Assembly (NCBI GenBank): GCA_964483625.1
Contig: CAZABB010000001.1
Coordinates: 67,222-131,221, forward strand
Length of the DNA: 64,000 nucleotides
Direction of reading: 5' to 3'
From: an uncultured Planctomycetia bacterium
GTDB lineage: Bacteria > Omnitrophota > Gorgyraeia > Duberdicusellales > 4484-171
A program made the translations under genes and the position numbers. How positions within the stretch are numbered: position 1 is the stretch's first letter; every line of letters begins with the position of its first letter. Under the pieces are notes generated by a model. The model was not told the origin of the DNA, searched no databases, and was given only the letters and a program-made list of their open reading frames with translations. This document shows positions 38,464 through 49,175 of the stretch, piece by piece.

Positions 38464-39379
38464 GCATACTCCCGATCATGGTTTTAAGTTTGTTTATCTT
38501 TCTTTTCTTCATATAACGCTTAAGCCCCGAAACAATATCCTTTGCTGCATTCGGTTGCACAAAAGTATACGTCCCGATGCTGACCGCATTGGCGCCGGCC
38601 AGGAAGAATTCAATCGCATCGGCCCCGGAGCTTATCCCGCCGCCGCCGATCACCGCGATATCGACTGAGCGAGATACTTTCCATACGCGGTACAGAGCCA
38701 GAGGTTTGATGGCACATCCTGAATAACCACCATAGATATTACCGAGATACGGCCGCCGGGTCTGGATGTTTATCGCCATACCCAGAAACGTATTCACCAG
38801 AGAAAGGGCATCGGCCCCTCCCCTTTTTGCCGCGGCGGCTACTTTTGTGATATCATCGACCTCAGGCGTAAGTTTCGCGATAAGTGTCCGGCGGGTAAGA
38901 GACCGTAAAGACTTGATATACCGGTACGTAGCGGATGGATCCTGGGAAATCATTTTCTTTAATTGCAGGTTGGGACAGGAAAGGTTTATCTCATAAGCAG
39001 CAACAGTTTTAATCGACTCGAGTTTTTTCAGTACCTGACGATACTCATCGATATTCATTCCGCCGATACTGACGATACACCTTGCCGGTATCTTTTTGAT
39101 CTGAGGGATATACTCTGAGATAAAAGAATCGACCCCCGGATTCTCCAGGCCGATAGAATTAAGCACACCCGCCCCGGTTTCGAAAATACGCGGCGGTTTA
39201 TTGCCCCGGCGCTCTTGGAGCGTAATTGTCTTGGTGATAAATGCACCCAGACAGGAATAATCGGTTAAATTTCGCAGCTCGACCCCATATCCGAATGTTC
39301 CCGAAGCACAGACGACGGGCGTCTTAAGCCGTAACGTTCCGATTTTTGTGCGTATATCCGGTTTTATAGGCATACTCAA
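38456..39379 (-). CDS. pyrD: Dihydroorotate dehydrogenase 1B catalytic subunit
   Basis: ASGTFGYG, NSIGLENPG, EINLSCPN, AKLTP, GGYSG.AIKP. Confidence 0.97.
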   Translation of the reverse strand: MSMPIKPDIRTKIGTLRLKTPVVCASGTFGYGVELRNLTDYSCLGAFITKTITLQERRGNKPPRIFETGAGVLNSIGLENPGVDSFISEYIPQIKKIPARCIVSIGGMNIDEYRQVLKKLESIKTVAAYEINLSCPNLQLKKMISQDPSATYRYIKSLRSLTRRTLIAKLTPEVDDITKVAAAAKRGGADALSLVNTFLGMAINIQTRRPYLGNIYGGYSGCAIKPLALYRVWKVSRSVDIAVIGGGGISSGADAIEFFLAGANAVSIGTYTFVQPNAAKDIVSGLKRYMKKRKINKLKTMIGSMHE

Positions 39380-39381
39380 AT

Positions 39382-39741
39382 TTACTTCCCGATAATCATC
39401 TTTAACGAAACGACAAGCAAAAATATTCCAAATACTTTTTTGAGAAGCGGCGCGCTCAATTTATGAGCGAATTCCGCCCCGAGATATCCGCCGAGGAAGA
39501 AACCGATGCATACAAAAGCCGCCAGAGATATCTTTACATTCCCTTGAGTATAATACCGCATCGCCGCAAGAAGCCCGATCGGGGGGATCATGAGCGCCAG
39601 TGTTGTTCCTTGCGCCTGATGCTGGGTCAGTCCAAACAGAAAAATGAACGCAGGAATCAGTATCGTTCCTCCCCCGATACCCAGAAATCCACTGGCAACT
39701 CCGGCAATCAGCCCTAATATGATATACAGGACAATATGCAT
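39382..39741 (-). CDS. Half-size TauE/SafE (sulfite exporter family) membrane protein
   Basis: GLIAGVASGFLGIGGGTILIP...QHQAQGTTLA; about four TM segments. Confidence 0.85.
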   Translation of the reverse strand: MHIVLYIILGLIAGVASGFLGIGGGTILIPAFIFLFGLTQHQAQGTTLALMIPPIGLLAAMRYYTQGNVKISLAAFVCIGFFLGGYLGAEFAHKLSAPLLKKVFGIFLLVVSLKMIIGK

Positions 39742-39776
39742 TCTCTCCTCCTCACCTAGTCTCTGGTTTTCCGTCT

Positions 39777-39804
39777 ATTCGCTAACCGCTATACGCTCGC
39801 CGCT
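39777..39804. repeat. Four imperfect tandem heptamers NNNCGCT
   Basis: attcgct-aaccgct-atacgct-cgccgct in the intergenic gap. Confidence 0.7.
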
Positions 39805-39807
39805 ATT

Positions 39808-40959
39808 TTAAAAGCTCGGTTCCACGCAGAAAGTTTTGTATACCCGGGAGCCTTTCAAACCTCCGATAATAAATTTCAAATTGGTCAAGTATTTCATCTT
39901 GGCGAATTCGCGCCATTTATAGTACGGCTGGATGTTGAAACACGTCTTGAAGTATTGGAAAGCCGTATAGAGCATTCCCGCTGCGCTTATCCAACTGGCA
40001 ATACGCAATCCGACCGAATCGAGAAACGCCCATTGCAGAAGGAACGTGGCCAAGAATATGACGGCATACAGATGCATAAGATGAAAATTGCCGATAAACA
40101 TGAACCCTTTGACGGGAAAAGGAAACCTTATCAGGGGATGCCGCGGATACTGGCCGATAAACTGAAAAATGATCTCCATGAAATTCGCCGCATGTTCCCG
40201 TAACAGCGGCGGATGCGCCTGACCGTATGACTGCCATACTTTAAGAAGCGCCTTTAAATCGGCGCGGTGCATATGTTCGACACCGGCTTGGGGCAGAAAA
40301 TAAAACTTCCACCCCTTTTTTCTCACCCGCAGCCCGAAATCCATATCTTCTCCCGTCGGCAATTCCCAGAACCGGCGTTCGGCATCTTCTATTGCCTGTC
40401 GGCGATAGGCAACGTTGGCCGTAACAAAAAAGTAGGCCTGATGGCCGCAGATTTCGGTGGGAACGCATCCATCCAGTTGGGGGAAATACCCTTCCTGCAG
40501 ATTGCCGTATCGCCAGGCAACCCGGTTGAAACCGAATGCTTCACAGTAGATTTCCACCAGGTTTTCCGGATCGACACGCAATGTATATATTTCTCCGCCT
40601 ATCGCGCCGATCTTTTCATCTTTTCGGAATACATCGAGCGTTTTATGGATCCAGTCCCGGCAGGGAGCGCAGTCCCCATCGGTAAAAAAGACATATTCTC
40701 CCTCGGCGTGCCGCAGGGCCTGAGTCCGGGCATATCCGGGAGAAGGACAATCCTGTATTTCGATTAATTTGATAAACGGGTTTTCATTCTGATAATTTCT
40801 GATAATCGGAATGGTATTGTCGGTGCTTCCGCCGTCGGCGAAAACGATCTCCCAGCGGTCACGCGGATAATCCACGTTCATCAGGTATTCAAACGTCTTA
40901 CCAATGGTTCGTTCCATATTTCTTACCGGGACGATAATCGATACAAAGGGAGCATCCAT
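39808..40959 (-). CDS. GT2 glycosyltransferase with C-terminal TM helices
   Basis: VSIIVPVRN, DGGSTDNT, FTDGDC, TANVAYRR, GEDMDF; hydrophobic C-terminus. Confidence 0.9.
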   Translation of the reverse strand: MDAPFVSIIVPVRNMERTIGKTFEYLMNVDYPRDRWEIVFADGGSTDNTIPIIRNYQNENPFIKLIEIQDCPSPGYARTQALRHAEGEYVFFTDGDCAPCRDWIHKTLDVFRKDEKIGAIGGEIYTLRVDPENLVEIYCEAFGFNRVAWRYGNLQEGYFPQLDGCVPTEICGHQAYFFVTANVAYRRQAIEDAERRFWELPTGEDMDFGLRVRKKGWKFYFLPQAGVEHMHRADLKALLKVWQSYGQAHPPLLREHAANFMEIIFQFIGQYPRHPLIRFPFPVKGFMFIGNFHLMHLYAVIFLATFLLQWAFLDSVGLRIASWISAAGMLYTAFQYFKTCFNIQPYYKWREFAKMKYLTNLKFIIGGLKGSRVYKTFCVEPSF

Positions 40960-40979
40960 ACCTTATCCTCCTTTAATGA

Positions 40980-41106
40980 CCCCGATGCCCATCGGGGGAA
41001 TTAAACCCCGCCCTCTAAGCTGACATCTCGAGCGAAGTCTCCCAAAAACCTCTATCTTTGATTTCACCCCGCTTTCTATAATGCTATACTGCATAGAGGG
41101 CGGGGT
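40980..41106. repeat. GC-rich palindromic intergenic element (REP- or IS605-end-like)
   Basis: Hairpin ccccgatg/catcgggg at 40980-40997; perfect 13-bp inverted repeat accccgccctcta (41005-41017) / tagagggcggggt (41094-41106); degenerate third copy at 41066-41079. Confidence 0.65.
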
Positions 41107-41153
41107 CAAATTCGACTATGGATTTTTTCACCTACGCTTTAAAAATCCAAGTC

Positions 41154-41960
41154 TTATTTGAAAATTTCTTTTATATCAAATACGGGACCGTCTTTACAAA
41201 CCCTTTTATACCCCCGGGGAGTGTCAATGACGCACCCCAGGCAAATACCTATCCCGCAGCCCATAAACTGTTCAAAAGAAACTTCGCATTCACAAAACGG
41301 GTATGCTTTCAAAAAACTCGCACATTCGCGAAACATTTCTGCCGGACCGCAGGCATATATTTTCACCCGCGGCTTTTTCTTCTTTATCTTCTCAAGCTCG
41401 GCTTCTAACGCGGTCAACGCCGTACCCCGGAGTCCGAGCGTACCGTCTTCGGTGGCAACGGCAACCTTGAACGAATTCTTTACGAACTCCTGCCGGCAAA
41501 GCACATCTTTTTTTGTCCTGGCCCCCAGAAACGCTTTTTGTATCGCCCGGCGCGACGCTGCCTTCCGCGCGATCGCAGACGATAAAAATACAAGCGGCGC
41601 GACGCCCATACCGCCGGCCACCAGAAAAACATGAGAATAAGATCCCGACCCGTCTAAAGAAAAACCCCTTCCTAACGGGCCGATGATATCCAGATTCTCA
41701 CCGCGCCGGTATTGCGCCAGAAGCTCAGTCCCCCGTCCTACGACCTTAAACAAGACAGACACGTCTTTTCCTTTTATTTTATGGATACTGAACGGCCGGC
41801 GTAAGAGGCTCCCCTTCCCGATATGGAGATGAATAAACTGCCCCGGACGGGCTCTTTTGGCTAATGCCGGGGCCGAGAAAGAAAGCAGATAGGTCTGAGG
41901 CGCGATCTTTTTGACCGTTTTGGTCGGGCAATGAATATTTTTTGCCTTCATCGTGGCCAT
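41154..41960 (-). CDS. pyrK: Dihydroorotate dehydrogenase electron transfer subunit
   Basis: PGQF, RRPFSI, GPLGRGF, AGGMGVAP, ACGP, MGCGIGICLGC, VCKDGPVF. Confidence 0.96.
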   Translation of the reverse strand: MATMKAKNIHCPTKTVKKIAPQTYLLSFSAPALAKRARPGQFIHLHIGKGSLLRRPFSIHKIKGKDVSVLFKVVGRGTELLAQYRRGENLDIIGPLGRGFSLDGSGSYSHVFLVAGGMGVAPLVFLSSAIARKAASRRAIQKAFLGARTKKDVLCRQEFVKNSFKVAVATEDGTLGLRGTALTALEAELEKIKKKKPRVKIYACGPAEMFRECASFLKAYPFCECEVSFEQFMGCGIGICLGCVIDTPRGYKRVCKDGPVFDIKEIFK

Positions 41961-42039
41961 ACCCTTTCTATTCTTTTCGAGAAGAGATGTTTATGTTTAT
42001 CGAGTATTGATTCCATTGTAACGGAGGGGATTTGACTTC

Positions 42040-43923
42040 TCAAACATTTTTTTCCGCATACCGGGCCGGCAGAGATTCGACCCGGGCCTCAAGTAACCCT
42101 CGCACCGAATTGCCTACATACATCGCATCGGCATCAAGAAGGTCCCTGCGGGTAAGTATTTTTTCCTCGACACGCGATTGCCGCAGGAATTCTTCCCGTA
42201 ATACGCCGGGAAGCAGACCGCATTTCACCGGAGGTGTAAAGAGTCTGCCGTGTTTCTTAAGAAAAATATTGGTCATGGCCCCTTCGGTCAGCTCCCCCTT
42301 TTGATTAAAAAATATGACTTCGAAAAAGCCGCGGCGACGAGCCCGGGCCTGTTCGGATTCATACATCTGCCGACAGGTCGTTTTGTGATAAAGAAAACCT
42401 GAGCGGGGATCGACCATCGTCGAGCTGATCGAAACCTTAACCGGCTCACCCGTCTCTTCTAAAATATCATAGGTAACAATCGCTTTTCCCGAAAGTTTCC
42501 AGAGCAGGCGCACTTTATAGGCCTTATGAGGCGAGAAGTTTTCGGCAGCCTGATGTAAACGCGTGATAATCCGTTCCCGGTCATAGAGCCGGCCGAACCA
42601 GGCACAGGAATTGCTCAGACGGTTCAAATGAAGATCGAGAAACCGGTAGCCGTTGTGATCCCAACGGATCGTCTCGATCAGAGAGAATTCCTGATGTGGG
42701 TTCAAGAAAAACTGGGCTTTCAGCATCGCCTCTTCAAATTCCTGCTGATCTATCGAGTCATAGACAATCCCGCCCCCGGTCCCGATCTCACACGTTTTCT
42801 TTGATGTATTGACCGCGAGCGTCCGGATGGCGACATTGAAACAGGCTTGCCCGCCGGGAGAAATATAACCGATCGAACCGGTATAAATACCCCGCGGTTC
42901 TTTCTCCAGTTGACGGATAATCTGCATGGTCCGCACTTTCGGCGCTCCGGTTACCGATCCGGAGGGGAAAAGCGCGTTCAATACATCGGGGGTATCGCAC
43001 CGTGGGGAAAGCCGCGCCCGGACCGATGAAGTCATCTGATAAAGCGTCGGGTATTCCTCTATGGTAAAAAGTTCATCGACTCCGACCTTTTTCACTCCGG
43101 CGATCCTGCCCAGATCATTTCTCAGCAGGTCGACAATCATCACGTTTTCCGCCTGTATTTTCGCATCATGCGCAAACCGCAGTTTATACCGGAGATCTTC
43201 TTCCGGACACCTGCCCCGCCGAATCGTACCTTTCATCGGCCGCGTATCAATACGGTCCCGATCCCGGCGGAAAAAGAGTTCCGGGGAAAACGAAAGAAAA
43301 TCTTCGTTCCCGGTATGGATATACGCGCTGTAAGCCGTCGGCTGTTTTTTACGCAAAGAAAGGTAAAGTTTCCCGGCATCACAGACGAATTGTTCGGATT
43401 TTAATTTAAACGTATAATTCACCTGATAGGTTTCCCCGTTTTCGAGATGATTCTTAATCCGGCCGATGGCCTCCACGTAATCCCTATGGGTAATGTTGGG
43501 GAAAACATGAAAGGAGAGAGGATCGTCAACGGAGTCATCCGGTTTATCCGGTTTAAGCCGCCGGTGATCGAACACAACCGGTTTCCTACAAACCCCCAGC
43601 CAGGCGAGAGGGTAAGGCAATTCATCCGGGATCAGACTGGCGAGCTTCTTCTCAAGAAGATATCCGAACTCATAGCTGAAAAAACCGCACAGCCAGTTTC
43701 CTTGGCGAAGGCATCTCCGGATATCTTTAAAAAAACCATCGAGAGAATCTCCCGGGCGGAATGTAATGATCTCCTGAAACCGAGAGAAAAGAAACGAACG
43801 GTAATTGCGGGCATCAGGCTTTGCTGTTTCTAAAAACACAAACGGCTCATGACGCGGAACCTTAAGGATCTCCGCGACTTTCTGCCGTGACAACGGGTAG
43901 GTAGTTTTTCGCTTTATTCTCAT
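42040..43923 (-). CDS. pabB: Aminodeoxychorismate synthase component I fused to a class-IV aminotransferase/ADC-lyase-like domain
   Basis: GETYQVN, SPELFF, PMKGT, ENVMIVDLLRNDL, FPSGSVTGAPK, GGGIVYDS; C-terminal HKTT, GELTEG, GLLPG, GNSVRG. Confidence 0.92.
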   Translation of the reverse strand: MRIKRKTTYPLSRQKVAEILKVPRHEPFVFLETAKPDARNYRSFLFSRFQEIITFRPGDSLDGFFKDIRRCLRQGNWLCGFFSYEFGYLLEKKLASLIPDELPYPLAWLGVCRKPVVFDHRRLKPDKPDDSVDDPLSFHVFPNITHRDYVEAIGRIKNHLENGETYQVNYTFKLKSEQFVCDAGKLYLSLRKKQPTAYSAYIHTGNEDFLSFSPELFFRRDRDRIDTRPMKGTIRRGRCPEEDLRYKLRFAHDAKIQAENVMIVDLLRNDLGRIAGVKKVGVDELFTIEEYPTLYQMTSSVRARLSPRCDTPDVLNALFPSGSVTGAPKVRTMQIIRQLEKEPRGIYTGSIGYISPGGQACFNVAIRTLAVNTSKKTCEIGTGGGIVYDSIDQQEFEEAMLKAQFFLNPHQEFSLIETIRWDHNGYRFLDLHLNRLSNSCAWFGRLYDRERIITRLHQAAENFSPHKAYKVRLLWKLSGKAIVTYDILEETGEPVKVSISSTMVDPRSGFLYHKTTCRQMYESEQARARRRGFFEVIFFNQKGELTEGAMTNIFLKKHGRLFTPPVKCGLLPGVLREEFLRQSRVEEKILTRRDLLDADAMYVGNSVRGLLEARVESLPARYAEKNV

Positions 43924-43926
43924 AGG

Positions 43927-44730
43927 TTACCTTTGACAACCCGGGCAGAAGCATGTCCCCCGGCCGCCGATAACGGTTTTTACGATCTTTCTCTTACACC
44001 GCCGACACCGTTGTCCGCGCCGCTGATAGACACAGAGATGCCGGACATATTCACCCCCTGATCCATCCGTCTGACGATAGGTCCGGGCCGTTGTCCCGCA
44101 TTTTTTAATTGACCGGGTTAAAATCGATCGCAGGCATCGTCTTAAGTTTTTCAGTTCCTTTTGGTTCAATGAATCCGCCCGACGTTCAGGATGAATACCG
44201 GCGCGAAATAAAGCTTCCTGGGCATAAATGTTACCGATGCCGGCAAGAAGCGATTGATCCATTAACAGCGGTTTGATCTTACCTGATCTGGTTTGAAATA
44301 TATTCATGAACTCTTTTGCCGATACCTCCAGCGGTTCCGGGCCCATACGACGGATGAGCGATACCTCATCCAGAGTACGCACCAAACGCACCTCACCGAG
44401 AACACGCGAGTCGCAGAACTGGATCATCTCCGCGCCCGCTGCGTGCAGACAGAGCCGGGCGTAACGGTCTACGGTATCATCCTGCACAATCCACCCGCTT
44501 ATCCGTAAATGGATAACAAGAAACCCGCGGGAAGAAAGCTCGAGAATAATCAATTTACCCCGGCGAACGACCGACTGAATAGTTTTCCCTTTAAGCCCGC
44601 GGACCAATGCCTCTATCGCCACGCCCTTGACAATGCGGGGATCAAGGATATCGATTTTCGTAATCTTTAACGGGACAGCGCTCACGGCAAGCTGGCGGCA
44701 GACGGTTTCTACTTCTGGTAACTCCGGCAT
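43927..44730 (-). CDS. mutM: Formamidopyrimidine-DNA glycosylase
   Basis: MPELPEVET, RRGK, MGPEPL, LLMDQ..AGIGNIY, C-terminal zinc finger CPGCQ. Confidence 0.97.
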   Translation of the reverse strand: MPELPEVETVCRQLAVSAVPLKITKIDILDPRIVKGVAIEALVRGLKGKTIQSVVRRGKLIILELSSRGFLVIHLRISGWIVQDDTVDRYARLCLHAAGAEMIQFCDSRVLGEVRLVRTLDEVSLIRRMGPEPLEVSAKEFMNIFQTRSGKIKPLLMDQSLLAGIGNIYAQEALFRAGIHPERRADSLNQKELKNLRRCLRSILTRSIKKCGTTARTYRQTDGSGGEYVRHLCVYQRRGQRCRRCKRKIVKTVIGGRGTCFCPGCQR

Positions 44731-44739
44731 ATTGTTTCG

Positions 44740-45150
44740 TTATGTATTACGGATGATCTGAACCCACACGGTTCTCGAACGCGGGCCGTCGAACTCACAA
44801 AAATATACCCCCTGCCACGTCCCCAGCCGTAAAGTTCCCCCTTGAACGATAACCTGCAGAGAATTCCCCAGTAAAGAGGATTTAATATGAGCATCGGAGT
44901 TCCCCTCTCGGTGCGTATACGCCTGGCTTTGGGGAACAAGTTTTCGCAGGTATGAGATCATGTCCCGGCGTACGCACGCATCGGCATCTTCGTTTATCGT
45001 CAAAGCCGCAGTCGTATGAGGGCAGAAAACAAAACACACTCCGTTTTCAACCTTTTCTTTATGCACCGCCTCCGCCACAAGCTGGGTAATATCAATGAAT
45101 TCTTCCCGGGACCGGGTTGTAACAGGAAATTGCATCATACCGTTACCCAA
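44740..45150 (-). CDS. YjbQ/UPF0047 family protein
   Basis: PHTTAALTINE, EGNSDAHIKSSL, LGTWQGVYFCEFDGPR. Confidence 0.93.
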   Translation of the reverse strand: MGNGMMQFPVTTRSREEFIDITQLVAEAVHKEKVENGVCFVFCPHTTAALTINEDADACVRRDMISYLRKLVPQSQAYTHREGNSDAHIKSSLLGNSLQVIVQGGTLRLGTWQGVYFCEFDGPRSRTVWVQIIRNT

Positions 45151-45379
45151 AACGCTGGAGAGACCACAAAACGAATAACGCCATGACCAGAAGGATCAAT
45201 CCCCATTTTAATACCGGATGCCTCCTGCGACTGCGATCCACATTGCGGCCGCAATAATAACAGGTAATCGCGTCGCGGGGAATAGGCTGTGCGCAATGAG
45301 GACAGGGTTTCATGGTATTGTAATCGTTCGCTTCGGGAAATTCTTCGGCCGAAGAAAACTGGAAAGAATCATTTTCCAT
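45143..45379 (-). CDS. Small zinc-ribbon membrane protein
   Basis: CPHC...CYYCG with a C-terminal TM helix; start at ATG 45379 after GGAG. Confidence 0.7.
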   Translation of the reverse strand: MENDSFQFSSAEEFPEANDYNTMKPCPHCAQPIPRDAITCYYCGRNVDRSRRRHPVLKWGLILLVMALFVLWSLQRFG

Positions 45380-45896
45380 GCTCGACTCCGAAGTTCTGAT
45401 ATATCCCATTATACGCTCTGGTTGCCTCGATCGGAATGAATACGAGCTGGATGAGCCGGGCGTTCTGTTTTATATCTATTCCCGCTTCATTTGCGACAAC
45501 CAGTAAAAACTCGCTCCTGCCGCAGAATCCCGCGTCCCACACTCCGTTCTGAGCAAAAGCCCCCATGCGTAACAGCGACGTCCGGGAAAAGGCCCAGGCG
45601 ATCATGTTCACCGGCATATGCACCGTTTCGTTGGTACGAACTTTATACGTTCCTGGGGACAGATGCCACCAGCCGAATGGATCATCGGGATTCTTTTTCT
45701 TACACGTCACCACCTGGCCCGGGGGGATAACTCTTTCCGAATTGGAAAAATCAAGAGAGCCTTTTCGGTTCAAGGAGAATATCTCTGCGGCCGTAAGGTC
45801 GAATCCGTTAGGAGTAATCTGCTTATCAAGATGAATATATCCTTCGATCAGATTCTCTTTTTCGATAAGCTTTTTAATCTGTTCCCTGTTGAGCAT
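45369..45896 (-). CDS. Trimeric dUTPase / dCTP deaminase family protein
   Basis: QITPNGFDLT, RTSLLRMG, VWDAGFCG, ARLIQLVF. Confidence 0.85.
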   Translation of the reverse strand: MLNREQIKKLIEKENLIEGYIHLDKQITPNGFDLTAAEIFSLNRKGSLDFSNSERVIPPGQVVTCKKKNPDDPFGWWHLSPGTYKVRTNETVHMPVNMIAWAFSRTSLLRMGAFAQNGVWDAGFCGRSEFLLVVANEAGIDIKQNARLIQLVFIPIEATRAYNGIYQNFGVEHGK

Positions 45897-45918
45897 GGTA
45901 TTAATTTTGTGCGAGTTC

Positions 45919-48900
45919 TTACGAACGAACAGCGCGCTCTATTTCCCGATGGTAATTCTGAATGCTTTTTACTTTCAGATCTTCTTTGTGCAACATCTCA
46001 ATCGCCGTCGTCGACGCGATTGCTCCGGCGACCGTTGTTACCACGGGGATATTGTATAAAACCGTCGCGCTGCGTATGGTTATCTCATCTTTACGCGGGA
46101 TCCTTCCCGAAGGGGTATTAATAATCAACTGGACATCCCGGTTTTTTATGTAATCCAGGATGTTCGGCCGTCCCTCGGAAAGTTTGGGTAACACCTCTAC
46201 CTCCAATCCATGATCTCGCAAGGCACGCCCGGTCCCTTCGGTGCTGAGAATCTGAAAATTAAGATTCTTAAGTCGTTTGGCTATCGGGAGAATTGCCGGT
46301 TTATCCTTTTCTTTCACCGAGATAAATACTTTACCTTCTTTAGGAAGAAATTGTGATGCCGCCAGCTGGCTTTTCAGGTAGGCGTACCCGAAATCGCTGT
46401 CGATTCCCATAACCTCGCCCGTCGAACGCATCTCCGGCCCCAGAATAATGTCCACGCCAAAAAAACGGTTAAAGGGAAACACCGATTCTTTTATGCACCG
46501 GTAGGGAGGGACTATTTCTTTGGTAAACCCGACCTCTTGCAAGGTCTTGCCGGCCATCACCTTGGCGGCGAACTTCGCCAGAGGGATTCCTACCGCTTTG
46601 GAAATAAACGGCACCGTACGCGAGGCGCGGGGATTGACTTCAATGACATAAAGATGATTATCTTTAACGGCAAACTGAATATTCATCAACCCGACGATAC
46701 GGAGTTCTCGAGCCAGGGCATAACTTGCCTCTCTGACTTTTTCCAGCATTTCTTGCGACAGGCTGAAGGTCGGCAGACACATTGCGCTGTCGCCGGAATG
46801 AATGCCTGCTTCTTCGATATGCTCGAGGATCCCCCCGATAACAAAGGTTGTCCCGTCACCGATAAGATCGACATCAACCTCAATGGCATCTTCCAGGAAC
46901 GTATCGATGAGGATTGTCTGATTCATCGAAGAACGCAGGGCGTTATTGACGAAACTTTCCAGCGATTCGGCGTCATAGACGATTTCCATCGCCCGGCCGC
47001 CCAGCACGTAGGAAGGCCTTACCAGGACCGGATACCCAAGCTTCCGGGCGAACCTTTTGGCTTCTTTGATTGAATGCGCGATGCCGCTTGCCGGCTGCCT
47101 GAGTTCCAGCTTGAGTAACATTTCCCGGAATTTATCGCGGTCTTCGGCACGATCAATATGTTTGGCCTTTGTCCCCAGAATCGAAACGCCTTCCTTCTCC
47201 AGGCCCAACGCTAAGTTGAGCGGGGTCTGCCCTCCGAATTGCAGAATCACCCCGGAAGGATTTTCCTTCTGTACGATATTCATCACGTCTTCTAACGTGA
47301 TCGGTTCAAAGTAGAGCTTATCGGAGGTATCATAGTCGGTCGATACGGTTTCGGGGTTACAGTTAACCATGATAACCTCGATGTTCTCCTCCTTCAGAGA
47401 GAAGGCCGCATGCACACAGCAATAGTCGAACTCGATACCTTGTCCGATACGGTTGGGTCCGCCGCCTAAAATCATCACTTTTTTTCTTTGAGAAGAACGG
47501 ACTTCGCATTCGGTCTCGTATGTAGAGTAATAGTACGGGGTCCGGGCATGAAATTCCGCAGCACAGGTATCGACAAGTTTATACGTTGTTTGAACGCGAT
47601 GCTTCTTGCGTAACCGGCGTATTTTCTTCTCCGGTACGCCGGTCAGCTTTCCCAGGTATGCATCCGAAAATCCGTATTGCTTAGCCTGACGCAAAGAATG
47701 TGCGGTCACTTTTTTCGCCGCGCGCAAAAACTGTTCCCTATCGATAATTTCCTTCATATTATGCAAAAACCAGGTGTCGATTTTAGTCAGCGCGTAGATC
47801 TCATTGACGGTATATCCGGCACGGAACGCGTCGGCAATAGCAAACAGCCGTTTTTCGTTGGGGACAACCAGATATTCCTTTATCTTATCCTTTACGTGCT
47901 GCTCTGCCATATCTCTCTGCTCGAACAAAGAGCCGAATCCGCACTCTCCGATCTCTAAGGCCCGAACGCCTTTCTGGAGCGCTTCCTTAAACGTACGCCC
48001 GATAGCCATTACTTCTCCCACCGACTTCATCGACGTCGTAAGGGTAGGATTAGCGCCGGGAAACTTCTCGAACGTAAACCGGGGGATCTTTACCACGCAA
48101 TAATCCAGTGCCGGCTCAAAAGACGCCGGGGTCTCTCCGGTAATATCGTTGGGAATTTCATCCAGCGTATACCCCACCGCAAGCTTCGCCGCGATCTTGG
48201 CGATAGGGAACCCCGTAGCCTTGGAAGCCAGAGCCGAAGAACGCGACACCCGCGGATTCATCTCGATAATTACCATCCGGCCGTCGGCGGGATTGACAGC
48301 AAACTGAACATTACTCCCTCCAGTCTCAACGCCGATAGCCCGAATGGTTTTTATCGTTGCCGTTCTCATTTTTTGATATTGAATATCGGTCAGCGTCTGC
48401 ACCGGGGCAACCGTGATGGAATCACCGGTATGCACCCCCATCGGGTCGAAATTCTCTATCGAGCAGACGATAACAACATTGTCTTTTTTATCCCGCATGA
48501 CCTCAAGTTCGAATTCCTTCCAGCCCAGAAGGCTTTCCTCGATAAGCACCTCCCGGATGAGGCTTAAATCCACCCCGCGCGTAACCAATTCCTTGAATTC
48601 TTCCTTGTTATAGGCAATCCCGCCCCCGGTACCTCCCAGAGTAAATGCGGGACGGATCACACAGGGTAATCCGATATACTCAAGGACTTCCTCGGCTTCT
48701 TGCAAGGAATAGACTGTTTTGGACCGGGGAAGATCAATCCCCGCTTTATACATTGTTTCCTTAAAAAGCTCGCGGTCCTCAGCCCGGGCAATAACGTCCT
48801 CATTGGCTCCAATAAGCTCAACATTATGTCTTTTGAATACCCCCTGTTTGGACGCCTCAAAAGCGACATTGAGCGCCGTTTGCCCCCCTAATGTCGGCAG

Positions 48901-49158
48901 GCAGGCGTCGGGTTTTTCCTCAATGATAATTTTCTCCAGGACCTCGACCGTAATCGGCTCAATGTAGGTAGCGTCGGCGAATTCAGGATCGGTCATAATC
49001 GTCGCCGGATTGGAATTCAATAACACAACTTTATACCCTTCCTGGCGGAGAGCTTTACAGGCCTGCGCTCCCGAATAATCAAATTCGCACGCCTGGCTGA
49101 TAATGATCGGGCCGGAGCCGATAATAAGAATCTTTTCCAAATCATTCCGTTTCCCCAT
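45919..49158 (-). CDS. carB: Carbamoyl-phosphate synthase large subunit
   Basis: [39 protein letters not shown], second ATP-grasp domain, MGS domain. Confidence 0.99.
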   Translation of the reverse strand: MGKRNDLEKILIIGSGPIIISQACEFDYSGAQACKALRQEGYKVVLLNSNPATIMTDPEFADATYIEPITVEVLEKIIIEEKPDACLPTLGGQTALNVAFEASKQGVFKRHNVELIGANEDVIARAEDRELFKETMYKAGIDLPRSKTVYSLQEAEEVLEYIGLPCVIRPAFTLGGTGGGIAYNKEEFKELVTRGVDLSLIREVLIEESLLGWKEFELEVMRDKKDNVVIVCSIENFDPMGVHTGDSITVAPVQTLTDIQYQKMRTATIKTIRAIGVETGGSNVQFAVNPADGRMVIIEMNPRVSRSSALASKATGFPIAKIAAKLAVGYTLDEIPNDITGETPASFEPALDYCVVKIPRFTFEKFPGANPTLTTSMKSVGEVMAIGRTFKEALQKGVRALEIGECGFGSLFEQRDMAEQHVKDKIKEYLVVPNEKRLFAIADAFRAGYTVNEIYALTKIDTWFLHNMKEIIDREQFLRAAKKVTAHSLRQAKQYGFSDAYLGKLTGVPEKKIRRLRKKHRVQTTYKLVDTCAAEFHARTPYYYSTYETECEVRSSQRKKVMILGGGPNRIGQGIEFDYCCVHAAFSLKEENIEVIMVNCNPETVSTDYDTSDKLYFEPITLEDVMNIVQKENPSGVILQFGGQTPLNLALGLEKEGVSILGTKAKHIDRAEDRDKFREMLLKLELRQPASGIAHSIKEAKRFARKLGYPVLVRPSYVLGGRAMEIVYDAESLESFVNNALRSSMNQTILIDTFLEDAIEVDVDLIGDGTTFVIGGILEHIEEAGIHSGDSAMCLPTFSLSQEMLEKVREASYALARELRIVGLMNIQFAVKDNHLYVIEVNPRASRTVPFISKAVGIPLAKFAAKVMAGKTLQEVGFTKEIVPPYRCIKESVFPFNRFFGVDIILGPEMRSTGEVMGIDSDFGYAYLKSQLAASQFLPKEGKVFISVKEKDKPAILPIAKRLKNLNFQILSTEGTGRALRDHGLEVEVLPKLSEGRPNILDYIKNRDVQLIINTPSGRIPRKDEITIRSATVLYNIPVVTTVAGAIASTTAIEMLHKEDLKVKSIQNYHREIERAVRS

Positions 49159-49175
49159 AGTCGATTTTTCCTTTC

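Noticed and set aside
42040-43923. PabB-PabC-like fusion as a novelty
   Set aside because: This fusion is a known, widespread architecture.
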